Assembly (NCBI RefSeq): GCF_018977255.1
Contig: NW_024704742.1
Coordinates: 69,070,001 to 69,134,000, forward strand
Direction of reading: 5' to 3'
Source of the DNA: Callorhinchus milii
Taxonomy: Eukaryota
DNA: 64,000 bases
Shown: piece after piece, positions 1 through 13,999 of the stretch
How positions within the stretch are numbered: the stretch's first letter is position 1
Layout of the letters: each line of letters starts with the position of its first letter
The notes under the pieces: model-generated
The model's database searches: none
What the model was told of the DNA's origin: nothing
What the model saw: the letters and a program-made list of their open reading frames with translations, nothing else
Position numbers and translations under genes: made by a program

Positions 1-110
1 ACTGCCTCCGATTTCTCCGATCAGGATGATGCCCTCCGTCCTCGGATCCTTCAGAAAGACATCTAGACAGTCGATAAAATTAGTCCCGTTGAAAGGATCG
101 CCGCCGATAC
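1..110 (-). CDS. SUCLG1: SUCLG1 exon 7, truncated by the window edge ([37 protein letters not shown])
   Basis: ctag| acceptor at 111-112. Contains GIGGDP and IGEIGG motifs. Confidence 0.97.
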
Positions 111-1279
111 CTAGGAATTCAGAGAAATCAAAATTAACAGGTCTCCGTCTCCGTAACGTCAAACTCATCTCTTGTCAGACAAATCCTCAGCCTGAAGGAC
201 AACAAATTACATTTGTTTTGTGCCTTTCACGTCGGAAAGGTGCAGGGCAGTCAAGACGCAGGACAGTCAAGCATTAGGACCTGAACTGGGGGTTGGGATC
301 GGGAGAGGTGGACTGGAAGGGCGAGGGACGTGCAAGAGGCCACAGCCAGTTGAACGAAGGGGGAGGATAGAGGAGTTGGGTGTGAGCAAGTTGTTGATGA
401 GATTTCTGATGCCTCTGTGTGTCAAGAGCTCAGCCTGGTCCTACAAGCACTCTGGGATGCTGCTCTGCATGAAGGGCACTATATAAATGCAAGTTGTTGT
501 TTTACACCAGTCACTAGTGTTTGGCGTTTTCAGAGCAATGTTTCAGGGAAAGCTCAATCTATTTTGCTGAGCAAATTTGCTCTTGACTTGAGGGTTGGGA
601 AACAAGTCAAAACCACAGAAAAGAGGAACAAGTACCTACAGTACCCTTGCTCATATCCCCCTCCTCGCCCCCCCGCCCCCCCTCCGACCCTCACCGCTTG
701 GCTAATACAGGCCTGCTGCATGTTTCCCGACCCCTCTGACCATCAGTTGCCATGCCTTCAGTCACTATTCCCTAACCTCTGGAACCCCCTACCGCTATCC
801 CTTCACCTCCTCACTTCTTTATCAATATTTAAATCCCATCTTAAGACCTACCTCTTCAAACACACCTGTAGTCATTCCTCCCCCTTGCTCGGCATCCAAC
901 CCCGCCACTGTGCAGCCCTCCCAGACTCTATACTGCATGCAGACTGCTGTTGGTGTATGATATATATATATATATATATAGCTTACGTGTCTCGTGTGCC
1001 ATCTGGTAAGCTTACCCACTGCTTGTCGAGCTAGGACCACCCTAAAGTTAAGTGACTGGTCTGTTCCAAGTCCTGCCGATGAGCCAGCCTGGGCTGTGCT
1101 GCCATCAGCAGCACCCTGGAATACTGCGGACCTTCCTGGCTCAGGAACCGGACTAGAGACGGTCATAGAAGGCTGGCTTGATTATGACGTACCATTGCCA
1201 GGCATGTCACCTTGGAGCCAGTTCAGCTCCAAGGAGAACCTGCTTACCCCCCACCCCCAAGGAGGATAGTCACCAGTTA

Positions 1280-1456
<177 letters not shown>

Positions 1457-2541
1457 TCACAGATTTCCAAATACGATTATTGTAGCTCAACAGCTAGTGC
1501 AGAGCACAGCTTTCCTGGTTCAGGATGCAATATTGCTAATAATAAAATTTATTAAAAACAATAAAACTAAATTGGCAATTGGCTGTCACTTTCCACCCAC
1601 AAAATACATAGTCAATTCACTTTACAATATATTCTGTGAACTGCTTTGAGAAGTTTCAATGACATGATAAGCCGCTATATCAAAAGCAAGGGTAAGTATT
1701 TTATAATCCTTGCATTTAACATAGCATCCTACCACATAATAGAAATGTCTCAAAGCGCTTCACAGGATTTACTGTAAAGTGTAATGACTATACTTTGTAG
1801 GCAAATGCAACAGCCAATTCATGCACAGCAACGTCCATAAAACATATATACACAATACAATTTACATTTATATAGCGCCTTTACATACCGTGAACGCCTG
1901 ATAATTCATCACCGAAAGGGAACAGGGCTCAGTGACGATTTATCCAGAATGGCGAATTAGGCAGATATATAAATGCATAAATAAATACAGCCGGGATACT
2001 GACAACATAATGACTAAGTGTTAGTGACAAGTTAAGCCAGGGTTGAGTTATCAGAATTTTGCTATAACTCTTCAAAGTACTAGATGGGCACCTGAGCTGG
2101 ATATAAGTGGGAGACAAGGGGAGAGGAGATGGAAAAGATTCCCAAAAGCGCGATCAAAGAGGTACAATTTGGGACATGCTTTGAACATGGTGAGGGAGGG
2201 AGCAAGTTGGAGGTACTCTGGGATGGAAATCCAGAAAGCAGGGGCAAAATGGCTGAAAGCTCCCCCGCCGATAGTGGGGCAGTTAAGGCAGGGGAAGTGA
2301 AGCAGGCCGGAGCTCGCTGAGCAAAGGGAACAGCCGGGCCAGCAAAGTTGAAGGAGGCTGCATATGCATGTATGTATATTCACATTTACTACATAAACTT
2401 CATAGATTTAAAAACACACAAACAGAAAATCAAGACAGAAAATAAAAACGATATTAAAGTGCATTACTTTGTCGTGAATTGAAATTCAGGAAATTAAAAG
2501 GTACCTCTAAAGCCAACAGCCAATTCCCAACCAACACTCAC

Positions 2542-2599
2542 CAATACGACCTTTTTTGTGGATGTGTCCAGGCATGATTCCAATTTTACACTCCCCTGG
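2542..2599 (-). CDS. SUCLG1: SUCLG1 exon 5 ([19 protein letters not shown])
   Basis: 58 nt with aag|...G|gtgagt boundaries. Peptide matches vertebrate SUCLG1. Confidence 0.98.
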
Positions 2600-3284
2600 C
2601 TTAAAAAGATTAAACAATCAGTGAATAACGCAATGGACACAACAACAACAACTACTTGCATTTATATAGCGCCCTTCACATGGGGTAGCTGTTTAAACTG
2701 AGGGTATTAAGAAATTATTGAGAAACGGATGTTGGACATTATTGAAAAGGGCAGAGAGCACACCACATGCAACAGGGAATTCAGTCTTTGCCTACTCTTA
2801 ATAATAATTCTTGCATTTCATATAGCACCTTATCACATCGTTAAGATGTCTCAAAGCACTTCACAGAATAATATGTAACAGAATATATTGTAGCAGTCAA
2901 TTATGCACAGCAGTGTCCCACAAACAGTCGTTGATTGAGTGACCAAATGTTTTGTGGAGGGAGGGGGGATTATCCCCGGAAAGGGATCTACCAATCGACT
3001 AACAACTGGGTTCCTACATACTGCTAGGTAAACAGAGGTGTGTGGAGCAAGGAAACTTACCTAAGGTTTCACCCTGCTGGAGAATCAAATCCTGGTCCTC
3101 TCGCTCGCAAGGCGAGCATGCTAACCACTGCACTACGAGACTCTATGAGTTTAACCAGCTAAAACCACGTAGCTTGCCGTTACAAACACTATCTGGCATG
3201 TTTCCAGTTGCTTGTCTAGCTAGGATCACAGTAAGTGCAACAATAGCAATTACATAGCAATCACAAATTCTAACTACACGTGAC

Positions 3285-3435
3285 TCAGGAGGGAAGAAAA
3301 TCAGTCAGCATTCCTGCATCCAATCACAGAGTCCCAACTCATGCAATAAAGTGCATGTGTGGATGTCAGGTAAGGTTTAAATTGGGATTCGCGGTGATGC
3401 CCTGAGCCTCCTAGCCCACTTGAGTGGAATACCAC
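3285..3435 (+). mobile_element. Ancient SINE fragment, AmnSINE2-like
   Basis: GGAAGAAAATCAGTCAGCATTCCTGC...AAAGTGCATGTGTGGATGTCAGGTAAGG...GGTGATGCCC resembles the consensus as I remember it. Not verified. Confidence 0.4.
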
Positions 3436-3767
3436 TGCCAGGGTCTACAGAACAAGACCCCTCATCAGAGCACAAAGCACGGAGCAATAAGATAAATAAT
3501 AATCCTGGGATTTGAACAATGCCAAGTGATGGCAAAACGTGTGTAAAAGTAAAGTGACCGTGTATTTGTGGGTGATCGTGATGGCGAATTTGTGCGTAGC
3601 GATAGCTCACAAACAGCCTAAAGTGAAAGATCAAACTGGAGCATTGTTGGCCAGAACAGCAGGAGAAACTCCTTTCTCTTAGAGGAAGTACAAACAAGAA
3701 TCCCAACTCAAAGCAGCTCCACTCGAGCACTGAGTGTGACAACATGACTAACGACTATTCTGCTTAC

Positions 3768-3980
3768 GTTGATCACTCCTGGACAGTTGGGGCCAACAAG
3801 ACGGGTCTTGCTCTGACGGACAAGTCTGTGTTTGACCCGCACCATGTCCTGCTGGGGGATTCCTTCTGTGATGCACACCACCAGGGGTACCTCCGCATCG
3901 ATTGCCTCAATAATGGCCGCAGCAGCAAATGGGGGAGGCACGTAGATAACAGACGCATCGACTCCTGTGCCTTCTTTCGC
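3768..3980 (-). CDS. SUCLG1: SUCLG1 exon 4 ([24 protein letters not shown]...[15 protein letters not shown]...GPNCPGVIN)
   Basis: 213 nt with canonical AG/GT ends. Contains the hallmark [15 protein letters not shown] and GPNCPG motifs. Confidence 0.99.
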
Positions 3981-4702
3981 CTGAAAGCACACATCAGAAG
4001 ATTTATGAATAATAATTCTTGCATTTGATATGATAAATAATAATTTGGTCACTCAATCCACAAATGATTGCGAGACAATCCTGTGTGCAATTGGCTGCCG
4101 TACTTTGCCCAGTCACTACACTTTACAATATACACTGTGAAGCGCTTTGAGACGTCTTAACAATGTGATAAGGCGCTATGTCAAATGTATGGATTGTTAT
4201 TATTGATATAATGCCTTTCACCCCAGGAGGCTATTTCAAAGTGCTTCACAGGATACACTGTAAAGTGTAGTGACTGTATCTGTAGGTGAATGTGGCAGCT
4301 ATTTTGCACCCTGTAATGGCTATGTTATTTCAGTGCCTTAGTATGTCCTTCCTACATGAAAGGCTCTATATAATGCAATTTGTTATTGTTGTTGTCACCC
4401 CAAACAGCCATGATGATCAATTTTATCACAGGGATTGTTGGCTAGCACACCTAATAACAGCAATTTGGACTTGCGTAACATCTTTCACGCAATAATGATA
4501 ATCCTTGTATTTCATCAAGAGGTCTCAAAGCACTTCACAAGATTTACTGTTAAATGTGTAGTGATGGTATTCATAGGTGATTGCGCCAGCTCAATTGTGC
4601 TCATCCATGTCCCGCAAACAGCCCCAAAGTAAATGGTCAATTTTATTTGGGGGATCGTCGGCCAGGTTTGAGACATCCTCCTGACTTTATACCAAATGTA
4701 AG

Positions 4703-5031
4703 AATAATAATAATAATAATCCTTGCATTTGGTATAGCGCTTTTCACGTCGGGAGGAAGTCCCAAAGCGCTTCACAGAACACACTGTAAAGTGAATTGAC
4801 TGTATATTTGTGGGCGAACGCGGCAGCCAATTGCGCACAGCAATGTCCCACAAACAGTCATAGATTGAAAATAACCAATTTTTATTATTGTTTTTGTTTT
4901 GTTTTGGAGGGATTATTATTAGGTGTGTGGAGTAAGGAAACTTGCCCAAGGTTTCGCCCTCTGCCTGGAATTGAACTCAGGTCTCTCACTTGCAAAGCGA
5001 GTGCTCTAACCACTGAGCTACAGGACTCCAC
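4703..5031 (-). mobile_element. Young tRNA(Ala-like)-derived SINE, short subfamily, full length
   Basis: Head with A box (TAGCTCAGTGG), TGC anticodon-like loop and B box (GTTCAATTCC), L2-type 3' end and (ATT)n tail. Nearly identical to the other young copies. Confidence 0.92.
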
Positions 5032-5091
5032 GAATGATTATTATTATGAAGTGAATGAACAATAGCATTCGTATTCACCTGCAGTCCTTAC

Positions 5092-5208
5092 CTCTTTAAC
5101 AGAGTTGAAGACGGGCAAGTTCAAGTGGCTTTTACCCCCTTTTCCTGGCGATACTCCTCCGACCATGTTAGTGCCATATTCCAAAGCTTGCTGACTGTGG
5201 AATGTTCC
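5092..5208 (-). CDS. SUCLG1: SUCLG1 exon 3 ([39 protein letters not shown])
   Basis: 117 nt with ctag|...GAG|gtaagg boundaries. CoA-binding domain sequence. Confidence 0.98.
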
Positions 5209-5888
5209 CTAGAAAGAAGAAAATTACTCCAACTAGGACCATGAACAGGTAACTCAGTAGGTTGCAGGGCAGAATCAAATGTACAATAACAACTTGCATT
5301 TATATAAAGCCCTTCGTGTAGGATAATGTCTTGGAACGTGTCACAAAGATGGGTTGGACTTCAAGGAAGGACCAAAGGCACAGTTGAAGAGGTAGGTTGT
5401 ACGGGAGGGGTTTAACAACAACAATTTACATTGTTGAGTAGAGCCTGGCTGGAACTGGTGTGATGGTGCAGGTGAGTATGCAGGTGGCAGAGTTTGAGAT
5501 TTAAAGACAGATAAAGAGGGAGCGAGATGCAGGGTTATGTATTCCAGCACTGCACGACTGTCACGACAAGAGAGACTGAACCTCAGCCTCAGGAGGCTTT
5601 AGTTTGTATCTGTTTCGAGGAACAGTACTGGAGACCTTCAGTAACCAGCCATTGTGTGGTTACTGCACAGGTTCCAGCTGCAAGGATAACAAAGAGGACA
5701 GGAGGAACAAACGTCAGTCAACGCAGCTTTAAAAAACGTGAAGCAGAAGAACATTTGCACACAGTCAGTTTTACTAACAGGTCAATCATAACAGATCTTA
5801 GTTATGACCTCAAATAAAACAGGTCATATTAAGTGGAGGAAATGTTCATCCATTTAAAAACTCAGACCGTCAAACAGTTAATACGTTA

Positions 5889-6333
5889 AACAACAACAAC
5901 AAGATTCCATTTATAGAGCGCCTTTCACGTCGGGAGGACGTCCCAAGGCGCTGTACAGTTGGAGTTGGGTCAGGACCCGAGCAGTGGAGAAATGGTCAGG
6001 GTGAGGGGAGGGAGGGAGCGAGGAGGGGGGAAATGGTGAGGGGAGGGAAGGGAGGGAGCGAGGAGGGGGAAGAGAGTCGAGAGGGGAGCTGAAGGCACGG
6101 TCAAAGAGAAAGGTCTTGAGACCGGCCTTGAAGGAGGAGAGGGAGGAGGCGGCGAAGGCACTGGGGGATAGTAAGGGGGACCGATGGTAGGGCGGTTGGG
6201 GCGGAGGATGTGGAGCAGACCGGAGCCAGAGGAACGGAGGGTACGGGCAGGTAGGTAGGGGGATAGTAGGTCAGAGAGGTAGGAGGGAGCAAGGCCGTGA
6301 ATGGCCTTGTAGGTGAGGATGAGGATCTTGAAA
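5889..6333 (-). mobile_element. Relatively young L2 3' end containing about two copies of a 45-bp C-rich unit
   Basis: FKILILTYKAIHGLAPSYLSDLL ORF2 C-terminus, then the 3' UTR, the GGGACGTCCTCCCGACGTGAAAGGCGCT stem-loop region and a (TTG)n tail. Confidence 0.85.
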
Positions 6334-7511
6334 TGTAATGAACACCTTAAAAGCAATCAATCTGTGATGGGAAATAACTCAATAACTCAAAGAACGCGTC
6401 AATCCTCTGAGTGATTTTTCACCTGTCAGGTCTATGCTCTCCCATTAGAAGACAATGCATTTACATTGTATTAAAGCTTCTTTTACACTCCGTCATCTCA
6501 CGCAGTATTTCACAAAGCAGTTTCCCAATGAACACACATCTATGTCATCTACAAAGCATCTCATCCACTTACTCAGAGATAGAGTTGTTGTTGTTATAGT
6601 ATATCCTGTGAAGCACTTTGGGACATCCTCCCGACATGAAAGGTGCTATACCAAATGTAAGGATTATTATTAAAACGCAGGTTGAAAATGTAATAGATAT
6701 TAATAATAGATCGCAAAACAACAGGGTTCTAACAGGGTTTCCCTGGTTTCATCTCTTTTGTTCTTAGGCTGTTTCATCCTGTAAAGCCAGAGGTAGCTGT
6801 ATGGAGCTTAGTTATTCCAAACCTGCAGAGACTGTGCAAATGAGGAAATCAACATCAACCTATAAAACACCCCTGTGGTATGCAGTGATTTGTGTTATCT
6901 TTATACTCCACTGAGCAGAAGTATATCTCTCTTTGGTCTGGATTGTTTTTGAACACATTACCATACTGTTAGGATCAGATTATTTATCTGTGCACTTTAG
7001 GACCTTGAATCCTTATACTAATAATAATCTTTGCACTTGATGCAGTGGCTTTCACATCAAGAGGACATCTCAAAGTGCTTCACAGGAGTTTAGCAACTGT
7101 ATTTCTGTAGACAAGACAGCCAAACGATCATGAAGTAAATGAACATTTGTTTTAACTCAGGGCGGATTGTTAGCCAGGAGACCTGGAGAAACTCCCTTCT
7201 GTTTTCGAATAGGGCCATGGGATCTTATTCATCAACCTTTCAAAAATCAAAAGGTCTGAAATTTCCCACCTTTGAGATGTCCCCCCGACGTGGAAGCCGC
7301 TATACAAATGTAATCTTGTTGTTGTTTACAGTAAATCCTGGGAAGATCTTTGAGATGTCCTCCCGATTTGAAAGGCGCTGATCAAATTCAAGAATTATTA
7401 AGATGAATATTAATATGTAATATTGTCATTACATGTCAGGCATGATTTTACAAATTAAAAATAGATATTAAATGTTAAAACAAGATTCATAGGCAGCCAA
7501 ACAAGACGCAC

Positions 7512-7618
7512 CTGCTTCCCAGTAAAGCCCTGGCAAATGACTTTTGTTGTTTTGTCTATGTAGAGGTTTTGCCTCGAGCCATTGTAGCAGTGCCTCACTC
7601 CAATCCGCTCCACTGCAC
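7512..7618 (-). CDS. SUCLG1: SUCLG1 exon 2 ([35 protein letters not shown])
   Basis: ttag| acceptor and CAG|gtgcgt donor. Contains the conserved [10 protein letters not shown] motif. Confidence 0.96.
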
Positions 7619-7727
7619 CTAACGAAACAGATTTAACAACACAAGTCCCAAATCAATCGGTCATGCACTGCGCTGACTTAAGGCGATCCATTGGGAAAGT
7701 CATCCAAATTAAGAGGATCCCTTTATA

Positions 7728-7929
7728 CAGGGTGAATCAGAAGTCCTTACTCATAGAAATGTTCATTATTAATTTTTTAAAAAGGCATTCAACGAGAGTG
7801 TGCAGCTATTGCTCCTTCATTGTGTTTGTGAAAATTTTTGTCACCAAGTTGCTATGTATAAACATCTACTTGACATGCCGTGTGAACATCTCATATAGAC
7901 CTACGAGTTAGGACTTTTGATTCATCCTG
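7728..7929. mobile_element. Tc1/mariner-type MITE, 202 bp
   Basis: 29-bp TIRs (CAGGGTGAATCAGAAGTCCTTACTCATAG vs CAGGATGAATCAAAAGTCCTAACTCGTAG, 4 mismatches), with TA on both flanks. Confidence 0.85.
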
Positions 7930-8384
7930 TATATTCACCCACTGAATTAAGTGAATTAAGAATTAAGAATCAAGGGAAGAGAAGAAAAGAATAACATCAA
8001 TGCAAATTAGATTGCTCTTAACCACTTTCTTTGCCGGGATGATAAGGATATGTCTCTGGTCTCTTTACTGTGCATTACACTGGGGATTAGTCTAGTTGCA
8101 AATTTCTAATGCTGGCAAATACTTTTCATGATCAATTGCTGAATCCTTGGACTCAGGTATATCTGACCAGGTAGGCAGGCTGATATGTCATCAGCAGTGC
8201 CATGGAACACTACGGACCTGCCTGGCTCAGCAACCGGACTAGAGACTGCCACAGGTGGTGGATTTGATTTCAACATTTCTTGGCAAAACTTTTAATTCCA
8301 TTGCTCCACACTTTCACCATGCCCTTTAATACCTCTACTAACTAAGTATGCTTCCTTGTTTCACTCTTATTTATCCTAGAGTCT

Positions 8385-9345
8385 TCACTTAGTCTCCTCC
8401 GACGGCTTCCACTTCCACCCCTGCACAGTTACATGCGATGTTCATCGGTGCTCTATCCTCATCCTCTCCTTTCCACTGTCTATATGCTTCCCCCATGGCA
8501 CAGGGTCCACTTCCACATTTATTTGATCTCTCTGCCTCCACCCCTGATTCCAGAATCAAGGGTAGTCCTATTAGATTGTGCTATCAGATATCAAGTTCTG
8601 ATTGAGGTCTAAGTGTCTACAGGTCAATGTCAACAAGACTGTGCCTCTCCTGCTTGTCTTCTCATCTCAGACCCTGAATGCATTGATCTGCATAGATACT
8701 TACTCCAACTTCGAGCTGGAGCAGAACCTTGGTATCTTGCTTCACCTCTAAATGTCCTTCAAAACCTACATCTCACTCGTGGGGCTTTGCCTCAGCGCGG
8801 TAACGTTCTCCACCATTACTTGCTTCCCGCTCCCCCCCCACCCCTTCTGCGATCCTCACCACACCATCACGTCGAGGGTCAATTATTGCAATGACCTATT
8901 CACCAGACTGCCTATCACCTCCCTACACAAGCTGCAGACCATTCAGATCTCTCCATCCTCAGATCCACATCCTCACTCGGCTCCACTGACTCCCCATTCC
9001 CCAACGGATTGAATTCTAGATCCTTGTCCTCATTTTCAAATGTCCCAGACCAATCACTGGGGGCAGGGAATCCTCCCACATAGCTTCTATTAACCCTGCA
9101 AGCCAAAGTCAGACACCGAGCTGCCCGCCACACCCAAAAAAGTCCATGGTCTCCCCCCACCCTACCTCTGTGCCCCAAATGTCTTGGCCACTCCCTCCCC
9201 TCAGCAAAGACTGACCTGCTTCATGTCCCCCTGCTGAATCCACCCCATCATCAGGTCAAGTTTACAGTCATGCTGCACCAATCTCAGTCCGGCATGTCCG
9301 TCCCCTTCAAAACCGATGACCTATCTTGTTGACCATGCCCTCGAC
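8385..9345 (+). mobile_element. Highly decayed L2 fragment
   Basis: Remnants such as SRVNYCNDLF and LHKLQ, with L2-like C-rich composition. Confidence 0.65.
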
Positions 9346-11005
9346 CACCACCCCACCCCGAGCTCCACCACCCCCACCCCCGAGTGTTCCACATCTTCAC
9401 ATCCCTCTGTGTGAAGAAATGCTTCCTGACCTCAGTTCTTAGTGTCTTGGTTCTGAACTTATTAATAAAAATAATCCTTCTATTTGATAAAGCACCTTAT
9501 CATGTCATCGAGACAATTCAAAGCACTTCATAAGATTTACTGTAAAGTGTATTGACTATATTTTGTAAATAAACACAGTAGCTAAAAAACATTGCAGAAA
9601 GTAATGTTCCACAAACAATCATGAAGTGAATGACCAATCTTATCTGAGAGATTGTTGTTCAAGACAACTCCCTTCTCTTTTCAAGTAGTGCCACGGGACC
9701 TTTTACGACCACCTTCACGGGCGGATGTCCCTCCGACAATGAGCACACTGTGCAGTGGACTGGACGGTCTAGACTAGGCGAATTCAAACTCCCTGAAGTT
9801 GGGTTTGAACCCACAAGTTTCTGACTCAGACACAAAGGAGTCAAGCTGACACCTCAGGAGCGAGGGATCGATCGACCAAAATGAAGAATCATGCACTATT
9901 CAACCTTTCATTATTTTAAACCTCAATCAAATCACCAATAAAGTACACTCCATTTCTTATTTTGTGAACCACTTTCTTAAACAGTTCCATGCTGAACTAA
10001 AACAAATTATCAGCAAAGGAGGAGAGCATTTGGACCATCATGTGGCATTTTCCTTTCAGCGTTTTTCCCACAAATTTCACAGTGGATCAGTTAATCCATT
10101 TTCTGTATATCCTGTGAAGCGTTTTGAAATGTCTCAAGGGCGCCATAAGGTGTGTATCAAATACAAGGATTATTATTATTACCCTGATTCTGACACTTTT
10201 TATTTAATATGATTTTTTTAGATGGGACATTTACGGATCAAACGAACTTTGTAGTTTCACAGCACCTTGTGTCAAAATATCTCAAGGGGGTTCCCAGTAT
10301 TTGCTGTCAAGGTAGTGCCTTTTTTTCGTTGGACGAACATGCAAGACAAAGACACGTACCAAGGCCTCACAAACAGCCAGGCTGATGTGGAAGTGAATGA
10401 CCATTTGATATGAGGATTGTAGGGCACTGGGAGAAACAGCAGTGGTCAGATGAAGGTCAGATACAGCATAGAAGCAAATCAATTAAGCACACAGATTGGA
10501 TGTGAAACAGTAAAGAGGGATTATGCATCGGATCTCTGGCTTATACAAACTGCAGCTTTCTTCTTAATATATTCTGATGGGAAATGGGGAAAGGCATTGA
10601 GGACGTGAACATTGTACAAAGATGCAGTAATTTTTAACGAAGAACATGCCCCAAGTGAAGCCAGGATTGAGGCAGCAGGATTTGAAAGAAATAATAATAA
10701 TCCTTACAGTTGATATAGCCCCTTATTACATTGTTGAGCCACCTCAAAGCACTTCACAGGACAGACTGTAAAGTGCAGTGACTGTGTATTTTGTGGGCAA
10801 GCGCAGCAGTCAATTTGTGCACAGCAATGTCCTACAAACAACCACGGCGTGAATGACCAATTTAATATTGGAAACTGTCGGCTAGGACACTGGCAGAAAC
10901 TCCCTTCTCTCTGTGAAACACTTTGAGATGCTCCTCCTATGTGTAAACATTATACAAGTGTATTCATTTAGGTCCCATCTGCCTTTTGGTTCAGGTGGGC
11001 TTTAA

Positions 11006-11335
11006 GCCTGTAGCTCAGTGGTTAAAGCACTCGCCTTGCAAGCAAACACCTGGGTTCAATTCCAGGCAGAGGGCGAAACCTTGGGCAAGTTTCCTTATTC
11101 CACACACCTAATAGTAATCCCTCCAAAAAACAAAACAATAATAAATTACAAAATAATAAAATTAATTTTCAATCCACGACTGTTTATGGGACACTGCTGT
11201 GCGCAATTGGCTGCTGCGTTTCGCCCACAAATATACAGTCAATTCACTTTACAGTCTATTCTGTGAAGCGCTTTGAGACGTCGAGAAGACGTGAAAAGCG
11301 CTATATCAAATGCAAGGATTATTATTATTATTATT
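11006..11335 (+). mobile_element. tRNA-derived SINE, short subfamily, flanked by a direct repeat
   Basis: Same consensus as the young copies. GTGGGCTTTAA occurs on both flanks, a probable target-site duplication. Confidence 0.9.
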
Positions 11336-11349
11336 TAAGTGGGCTTTAA

Positions 11350-12693
11350 ACACAAAGCTTTTCTCCGTTATGTTCTACATGCTCCCTCTTGGTGACATCA
11401 TCCGCAGACTCAATCGACTCCAGGACCACTGCTGTCCTGACAGAATGTCGGTCAGACATCAAGTCCTGGATGAGAGCGAACTTTCTTCAGTTGAACGTCA
11501 ACAAGACCGAGGCTCTCCTGATCGACTCCCGTCAGTGTCTCCTCACCTCAGGTGCTGACAGCATCACCATCCATGGCTGCACACTCCACCTCACTGAGCC
11601 AGTCCAGAACCTTGGCGTCTTGTTTGACCCTCAACTATCCTTTCTACTGCACATCCGTGCCATGACCCGCTCTGCCTTCCCCCACCTCCACAACATTGCC
11701 CGACTCTGCCACTGCCTCTCAGGTCGCCGAAACCCTCAACCATGCTTCCACACATTTAGGCAACTTTCCTTACTCCACACACACACCTCTGTTTATCTAG
11801 CAGTAAATGGGAACCCGCTTGTTAGTCAAATGGCAGCTCACGTTCTGGGGCTAATAATCCCTTAAAAAATATATATAGTCACTGTTTGTGGGACACATTG
11901 GCTGCTGCATTTTGCCCTCAAAGTATACTGTCACTACACTTTACCATAAATCCTGTGAAGAGCTTTGAGACGTCTTGAAGATGTGATTAGACGCTATATG
12001 AAACGCAAGGAATATTATTTTATTATTACATATAAGCTTGACTACACCAACTCTTTGCTTGTCGGTCTTCCCAACTCTTCCCTCCACAACAGATCATCCA
12101 GAACTCTGCAGCTCGTGTCCTCTCCCACACTAGGCTCCATGACCCTATTACCCCCATCATCACCCAGCTCCACTGGAACCCCATCCCCCAAAGGATCGAG
12201 TTCAAAATCCTCGTCCTCGCTTTCAAAGCCCTTCATGGCCTTGCTCCTTCCTAATTGTGACCTACTAATGCCATTTCACCCTCGGCACGCAGGCCAGGCA
12301 GCTCCTGAGACTACCCTCTGCTCATCAGTATCCGGTCTGTTACTCGTTCTTCATTCCCTCTGCTTACCATTAGTGTTGTGTCTTCAGCCACACCACCCCT
12401 GCCCTCTTCCAAAACCTCTGACTCCCTCTCCTTCTTCCGACCCCAAAAAAACCTACTAAACATATGCTTTTAACCGTGCAGTCCCTTCACCTCGGTCCCT
12501 CCCTTGCCTCCTTCAAAGCCTGACTCAAGACCTTTCTCTTCGATCGCACCTTTGGTCACCCTCCTACCCCCCCACTGCCCTCCACCCCTCCTGATCCAAA
12601 CCTCCTGCTCAGGTCCAAATCCCTGACTATCCAGCATATGGGGATATCCTCCCGACGTAAAAGGTCACTATACAAATTTAATTTGTTGTTGTT
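11350..12693 (+). mobile_element. L2 3' fragment split by a SINE (about 11755-12028)
   Basis: DIKSWMRANFLQLNVNKTE, VQNLGVLFD and KLDYTNSLL motifs. Ends in a (TTG)n tail. Confidence 0.8.
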
Positions 12694-13672
12694 ATCCATT
12701 TTACAATCCCGGTTCATCCAAATTTAAGTCAATTGGCTACTTATCCATATTACACATCACTTTGACCTTGAGTACCTCTCCCTCTTAGCTCAATACCCCC
12801 CATTGTCTTTGTGAGTGCACTTCTGTCAGATGGTTATCCTACTTGAATCATGGGACTGAAAGAATTGCTCTTGAGGAAGCCGGCACAAACACGATGGGCC
12901 AAATGGCCTTCTTCTGTGCCATAAATCTCTACAGTTCTATATAAGTTTTTGCTGTTGTATATGAAAGCTACGGCTTTGTTAAAAACAAATGTCCCTGTAA
13001 AAGTCATTTTGGAATATAATGATACATTCCCCCACTGTCCCCGCACCAATCTGATATAAAACTGACATGGTCAGTGACTTCTGTGGTGTGTGCAAAGATA
13101 TGATCCCACTGACAATTACAATAATAACTTACAACTGCTCAAACATGGGTTTACGTTAATGAGGGTGCCAAGGGGGAAATAGACAGGTATGCTTAAAAAT
13201 CCTTGGATTTGATACAAGGCTTTATCATGTCCCTAAGAGACGTATTTTACTGTAAAGTGGTGCGACTGTGTATTTTATGGGTAAACACAATATGCAAGAT
13301 AGAGGCTTGAATGGCTTCAAGCGGTATGGGGATAGTGCAGGGAAAGGGATTGAATGAAAAGTTTGCTCTGAGTGTGGGTCAGACTTAATGGCCCAAATAC
13401 CCTCTTTCTATTCTGTAAATTTCCATAATTCTATGAATGTTGCTCTGGCACTGAGCCCTCCTGGCAGTGAAAGCATTTCTAAGAGTGTTAACAGAGTCGC
13501 TGTCAAATTATAGCAAGATGCATCCCTTTCTTTTTCTTTACTGGTAGAATTTCAATAGTACTCGCAATATGTTATATCAAATGCAAGGATTACTATTATT
13601 ACTTATTATTCACTGTGGACTATGGAATCTTCCTAAATGTGCCCACCAAGTCCTCACTCACTTAACAACTTT

Positions 13673-13999
13673 GTGGAGTCCTGTAGTTCAGTGGTTAGAG
13701 CACTCGCTTTGCAAGTGAGAGACCTGAGTTCAATTCCAGGCAGAGGGCGAAACCTCGGGCAAGTTTCCTTACTCCACACAGAGCCTAATAATAATCCCTC
13801 CAAAACAAAACAATAATAAATTGGTCATTTTCAATCTACGACTGTTTGTGGGACATTGCTGTGCGCAATTGGCTGCCGCGTTCACCCACAAATATACAGT
13901 CAATTCACTTTACAGTGTGTTCTGTGAAGCGCTTTGGGACGTCCTCCTGACCTGAAAAGCGCTATATCAAAAATACAAGGATTATTATTATTATTATTA
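13673..13999 (+). mobile_element. Young tRNA-derived SINE, full length
   Basis: Runs from GTGGAGTCCTGTAG to GGATTATTATT. Nearly identical to the copies at 19054, 20731 and 62355. Confidence 0.92.

Noticed and set aside
1070..1090. CCGATGAG in the unclassified repeat as a hammerhead/retrozyme core
   Set aside because: It lacks the invariant CUGA and has no properly placed stem II plus GAAA. Sibling copies vary (CCAATGAG).
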